From: an uncultured virus (IMG/VR IMGVR_UViG_3300032087_004682)
Taxonomy: Duplodnaviria; Heunggongvirae; Uroviricota; Caudoviricetes
DNA: 20,000 nt
IMG/VR virus record: IMGVR_UViG_3300032087_004682
Direction: 5' to 3' (one strand)
Under the pieces are notes generated by a model that saw nothing but the letters and a program-made list of their open reading frames with translations, was not told where the DNA came from and searched no databases. The translations under genes and the position numbers were made by a program. Numbering within the stretch: the first letter of the stretch is position 1; each line of letters opens with the position of its first letter. Below, piece after piece: positions 18,601 through 20,000 of the stretch.

Positions 18601-19879
18601 TCACGGATCTTTCCATGACCATATCCACCGTGGTGGTGGCAGAAGTGGTTGAGGCTACACCATCACCAGTCCAGTCTTTAAACTCATAACCATTAGCATC
18701 GTCTGGCACTGCCTCTATGGGTGCTTGTGTAAAGTGATCAAAGTTACCACCTCCTGTCGCAGTTCCACCTTCCCCTGCAGTTACGGTTAGTAAGTAATTC
18801 TTTAATGCAAAGTTTGCAGTTACAGATCGCTCAGCAACCATATCCACTGTGGTGGACTCAAGAGTTGGATCCGCAACACCAATACCAGACCATCCAGTAA
18901 ACTCATAACCTACGTCAGGAGCAGAAGTAATCTGTGCCTGAGTGGCGTGATCGTAGGTTCCTGAACCACTTGCCACACCTCCTGTGCCTGATATGACCTC
19001 AAGGAAATATGTTTTAATACTGAAGTTAGCTTTTACCGTGGTATCGCCCTGGATAAGTACGGTTGTTGTGGCAGATAATTGATCGCCAAATGTACCGCCA
19101 GACCAGTTTGCGAAATCATACCCGACATTTGGGGTGGCTGTGATTTCTGCTAATGATCCAAAATCAAACTCCGTATCCCCTGACACAGCAATCGCAACAC
19201 CATTTGGGTCTGGAGTTATAGTGAGTAGGTATTGCCTGACCTTAAAGTTTGCTGTGGCGATGAATGATTTCGCCATAGTTACATAGGCAATAGGCTCATT
19301 TACTGCAGATATGTAATCCTCATCCACTCCCGACCAGTGATCAAAAGTAAATCCAAAGTCTGGTGTGGCTATGATCTGTACATTACTGTCCGTGTCATGG
19401 ATAACACCAGCAGGGTCATTTGTGGCTGCCCCACCAAAGCCTGCTTGCACGGTCAAGAATCTAGTCTTAGGTCCACCGCCAATTGGTACCCACTCAGACC
19501 CATCCCATACCACAATGGCTACCTCTTCTGTATTGAACCATACCTCCCCTATTCTTGGGTCTGTAGGCAGTGTGGCATTTGTAGCTTGCGGGAATAGGTT
19601 TGCCCGGATTTGCCCCAAGCCTTGGATGAAATCATAATAGGTTCCAATAGCTTGGTTATCCTGTTTTATTTTCCCGTGGACGGATAACTCTTGCTTTGTG
19701 TTCTCTGTTCCAACGGTAAGGGATGCGCCATTCTCTATGGACTCATCAGTACCAATGTCTACCTTGGTCTTAAATGTATTGATTCCCGACCATACATTGT
19801 TGGCAGTTTTAATTGAGGCTATAAGGTTTTTAATACCGCTTGCGGTAACCTTACCTAGGTCATGGAATACATTAGCCAT
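15605..19879 (-). CDS. Large multidomain tail adhesin: fibre-type N-terminus, 10 InlB-B (Flg_new_2)-like repeats, PKD domain with inserted LamG-like domain (1424 aa)
   Basis: PTDPRIGEVWFNTEEVAIVVWDGSEW is a fibre motif. There are repeated Y.LTV...GG...G.G.Y......I.ATPD.GY.F..WSG......T...TANF units. LFQDIGFLNRALTTDEV is LamG-like, and VTLTVTDDQGLTDTDTQTIT is a PKD C-terminal motif. Confidence 0.8.
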   Translation of the reverse strand: MANVFHDLGKVTASGIKNLIASIKTANNVWSGINTFKTKVDIGTDESIENGASLTVGTENTKQELSVHGKIKQDNQAIGTYYDFIQGLGQIRANLFPQATNATLPTDPRIGEVWFNTEEVAIVVWDGSEWVPIGGGPKTRFLTVQAGFGGAATNDPAGVIHDTDSNVQIIATPDFGFTFDHWSGVDEDYISAVNEPIAYVTMAKSFIATANFKVRQYLLTITPDPNGVAIAVSGDTEFDFGSLAEITATPNVGYDFANWSGGTFGDQLSATTTVLIQGDTTVKANFSIKTYFLEVISGTGGVASGSGTYDHATQAQITSAPDVGYEFTGWSGIGVADPTLESTTVDMVAERSVTANFALKNYLLTVTAGEGGTATGGGNFDHFTQAPIEAVPDDANGYEFKDWTGDGVASTTSATTTVDMVMERSVTANFKLKDYTLSVTSGSGGTAESLDEKYPNYQHGDVATIEATPDDIHDFDVWTGDEVGDLSSASTSVLMVTSKIVTATFKLKQYLLTVNAGNGGNALGGGTFEHFTQATVTATPDDSAGYEFDYWSGENLVDANINPTTVNMIGASTVTANFKLKDYGLTVLAYSLSAGAAGGGTTSGGGVTYQHGDLAPITATPDQIHDFVNWTGAVVTNANLDSTTVEMLGAVTVTANFQYKTYVLTVAAEIGGTATGSGTYAHFTEVDIEATPGNTPDGRPGYEFDYWAVTEGDSTITDTTVAASKAQVLGTSKLTAYFKLKEYTILTGAKFKGKIALDGYYPLYETANEANSDPDGDGSNHEHVINGVTYYMPNGLSTVYHGNYTIPWGSLELYDQINPDQGLWGTAYTSVTKTHGDQGGYKATPSQYHVFDSIIADSRYDSALFIDPTQSEGETIAAINNLNFIANFSLLQYKLYVIHAATNDALNAPNSTYEGYWGDIEVNGASNDFNVVLHSYTQGLTTDGVWTTSNVELRAHGGDFDAFSTQTIKAIPFTDQGYGFIEWIEPTGQNLVADREDAETDVIIRPEGDNTNNAVEVAARFGRLPISTFLVSGDLYFGSTIELTDISTAPSGDGKVVSAEYSTSNSSVTIDSRDTAVRTFRENYVNGSHIEVQSINGNSTYNYGDLTKPWAILVDMQEIQQHYALPVTVFERGGQSLNWNTYQTTAYLHDHVNYGSGSVGNLPSASNGIQYSSTTSSKVGPVGKLAVWSTGGSIHTATLNNGIKNISWYDSDTSSSTYNQYFQNPTSIPSTFNLSSPSSTGEKLRLFGSPSGSGLSWGYRHTMLAGLFQDIGFLNRALTTDEVNEWLTTNIGDLSFYAELEDHIECGTGTHPNLNGSKGKVVATLVNGTEGQFKSLGKITLPSGSPGDTTGSLDVTLTVTDDQGLTDTDTQTITFGPVPLEVGGTTYTQNVTTTDGLNLLANTSVLEVDVEVTDGSVTTQEDYL
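16817..19462 (-). repeat. Ten tandem ~70-aa InlB-B/Flg_new_2-like repeats (last two expanded by insertions)
   Basis: Units end ATANF, VKANF, VTANF, VTANF, VTATF, VTANF, VTANF, LTAYF, FIANF, VAARF. The ATP..GY.F..W.G core is conserved in most units. Confidence 0.85.
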
Positions 19880-20000
19880 TACAGAAGTCCTGGGATAAGT
19901 TTGGAGTTGTTGTCTATAGCAGTCATCTTAGCGTTGGTATTAAGAACGCTCTCAATCTGAGGCTGGATATTGGCAATCAAAGACCCTGTATCTAGTGAAA
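19879..20000 (-). CDS. 3' end of an upstream gene (5'-truncated by window edge)
   Basis: Open frame ...SLDTGSLIANIQPQIESVLNTNAKMTAIDNNSKLIPGLL* whose TAA (19881-19879) overlaps the next ATG as TAATG, the same coupling as other genes here. Confidence 0.7.
   Translation of the reverse strand, partial: SLDTGSLIANIQPQIESVLNTNAKMTAIDNNSKLIPGLL

Larger units (their letters stand above)
1..20000 (-). mobile_element. Tailed phage (podovirus-like gene order) virion tail and DNA-ejection gene module; free phage vs prophage cannot be determined
   Basis: All long ORFs are on the minus strand with overlapping or near-abutting stop/start codons. Order is adhesins -> nozzle/hub-like protein -> fibres -> Ala/Gly/Gln-rich helical proteins -> very large protein, resembling P22/T7-type tail plus ejection modules. 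No cellular housekeeping genes, att site or integrase are visible. Confidence 0.85.

Noticed and set aside
12433..19879. Diversity-generating retroelement acting on the adhesin C-termini
   Set aside because: No reverse transcriptase, and no near-identical TR/VR pair differing at adenines was seen. The paralogue similarity is old, protein-level and full-length.
15605..19879. Cellular secreted adhesin or internalin gene from a bacterial chromosome
   Set aside because: No signal peptide, LRR, LPXTG or autotransporter/T9SS C-terminal signal was seen. It has a phage fibre-type N-terminus and is translationally coupled to tail genes.
2..19898. Numerous short plus-strand ORFs and short alternative-frame minus-strand ORFs in the track
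   Set aside because: All lie within long minus-strand genes, lack recognisable motifs, and look like antisense or off-frame shadows.

Overview
The window is one co-directional (minus-strand) run of tightly coupled genes that looks like the tail and DNA-ejection module of a tailed phage with podovirus-like gene order. In transcription order (20000 -> 1) it holds: the 3' end of an upstream gene; a 1424-aa multidomain adhesin (ten InlB-B/Flg_new_2-like repeats, then a PKD domain split by a LamG-like insert); two tandem paralogous FN3+LamG-like proteins; an 837-aa tail nozzle/hub-like protein; a 71-aa coiled-coil protein; a 352-aa fibre-like protein ending in two subtilisin-propeptide (I9/fervidolysin N-pro)-like domains with no protease; a 49-bp AT-rich gap with a candidate leaderless promoter; a 433-aa coiled-coil tail fibre; and four putative ejection/internal virion proteins (1021 aa with two 11-residue repeat arms, 567 aa, 135 aa, and a >701-aa protein that runs off the left edge and is missing from the supplied ORF track). 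I saw no integrase, RT, CRISPR array, tRNA or rRNA. All domain calls come from motif recognition by eye, not database searches. The most unusual signals are the orphan protease-propeptide-like pair, the symmetric two-arm hendecad protein, and the nested domain insertions in the large adhesin.
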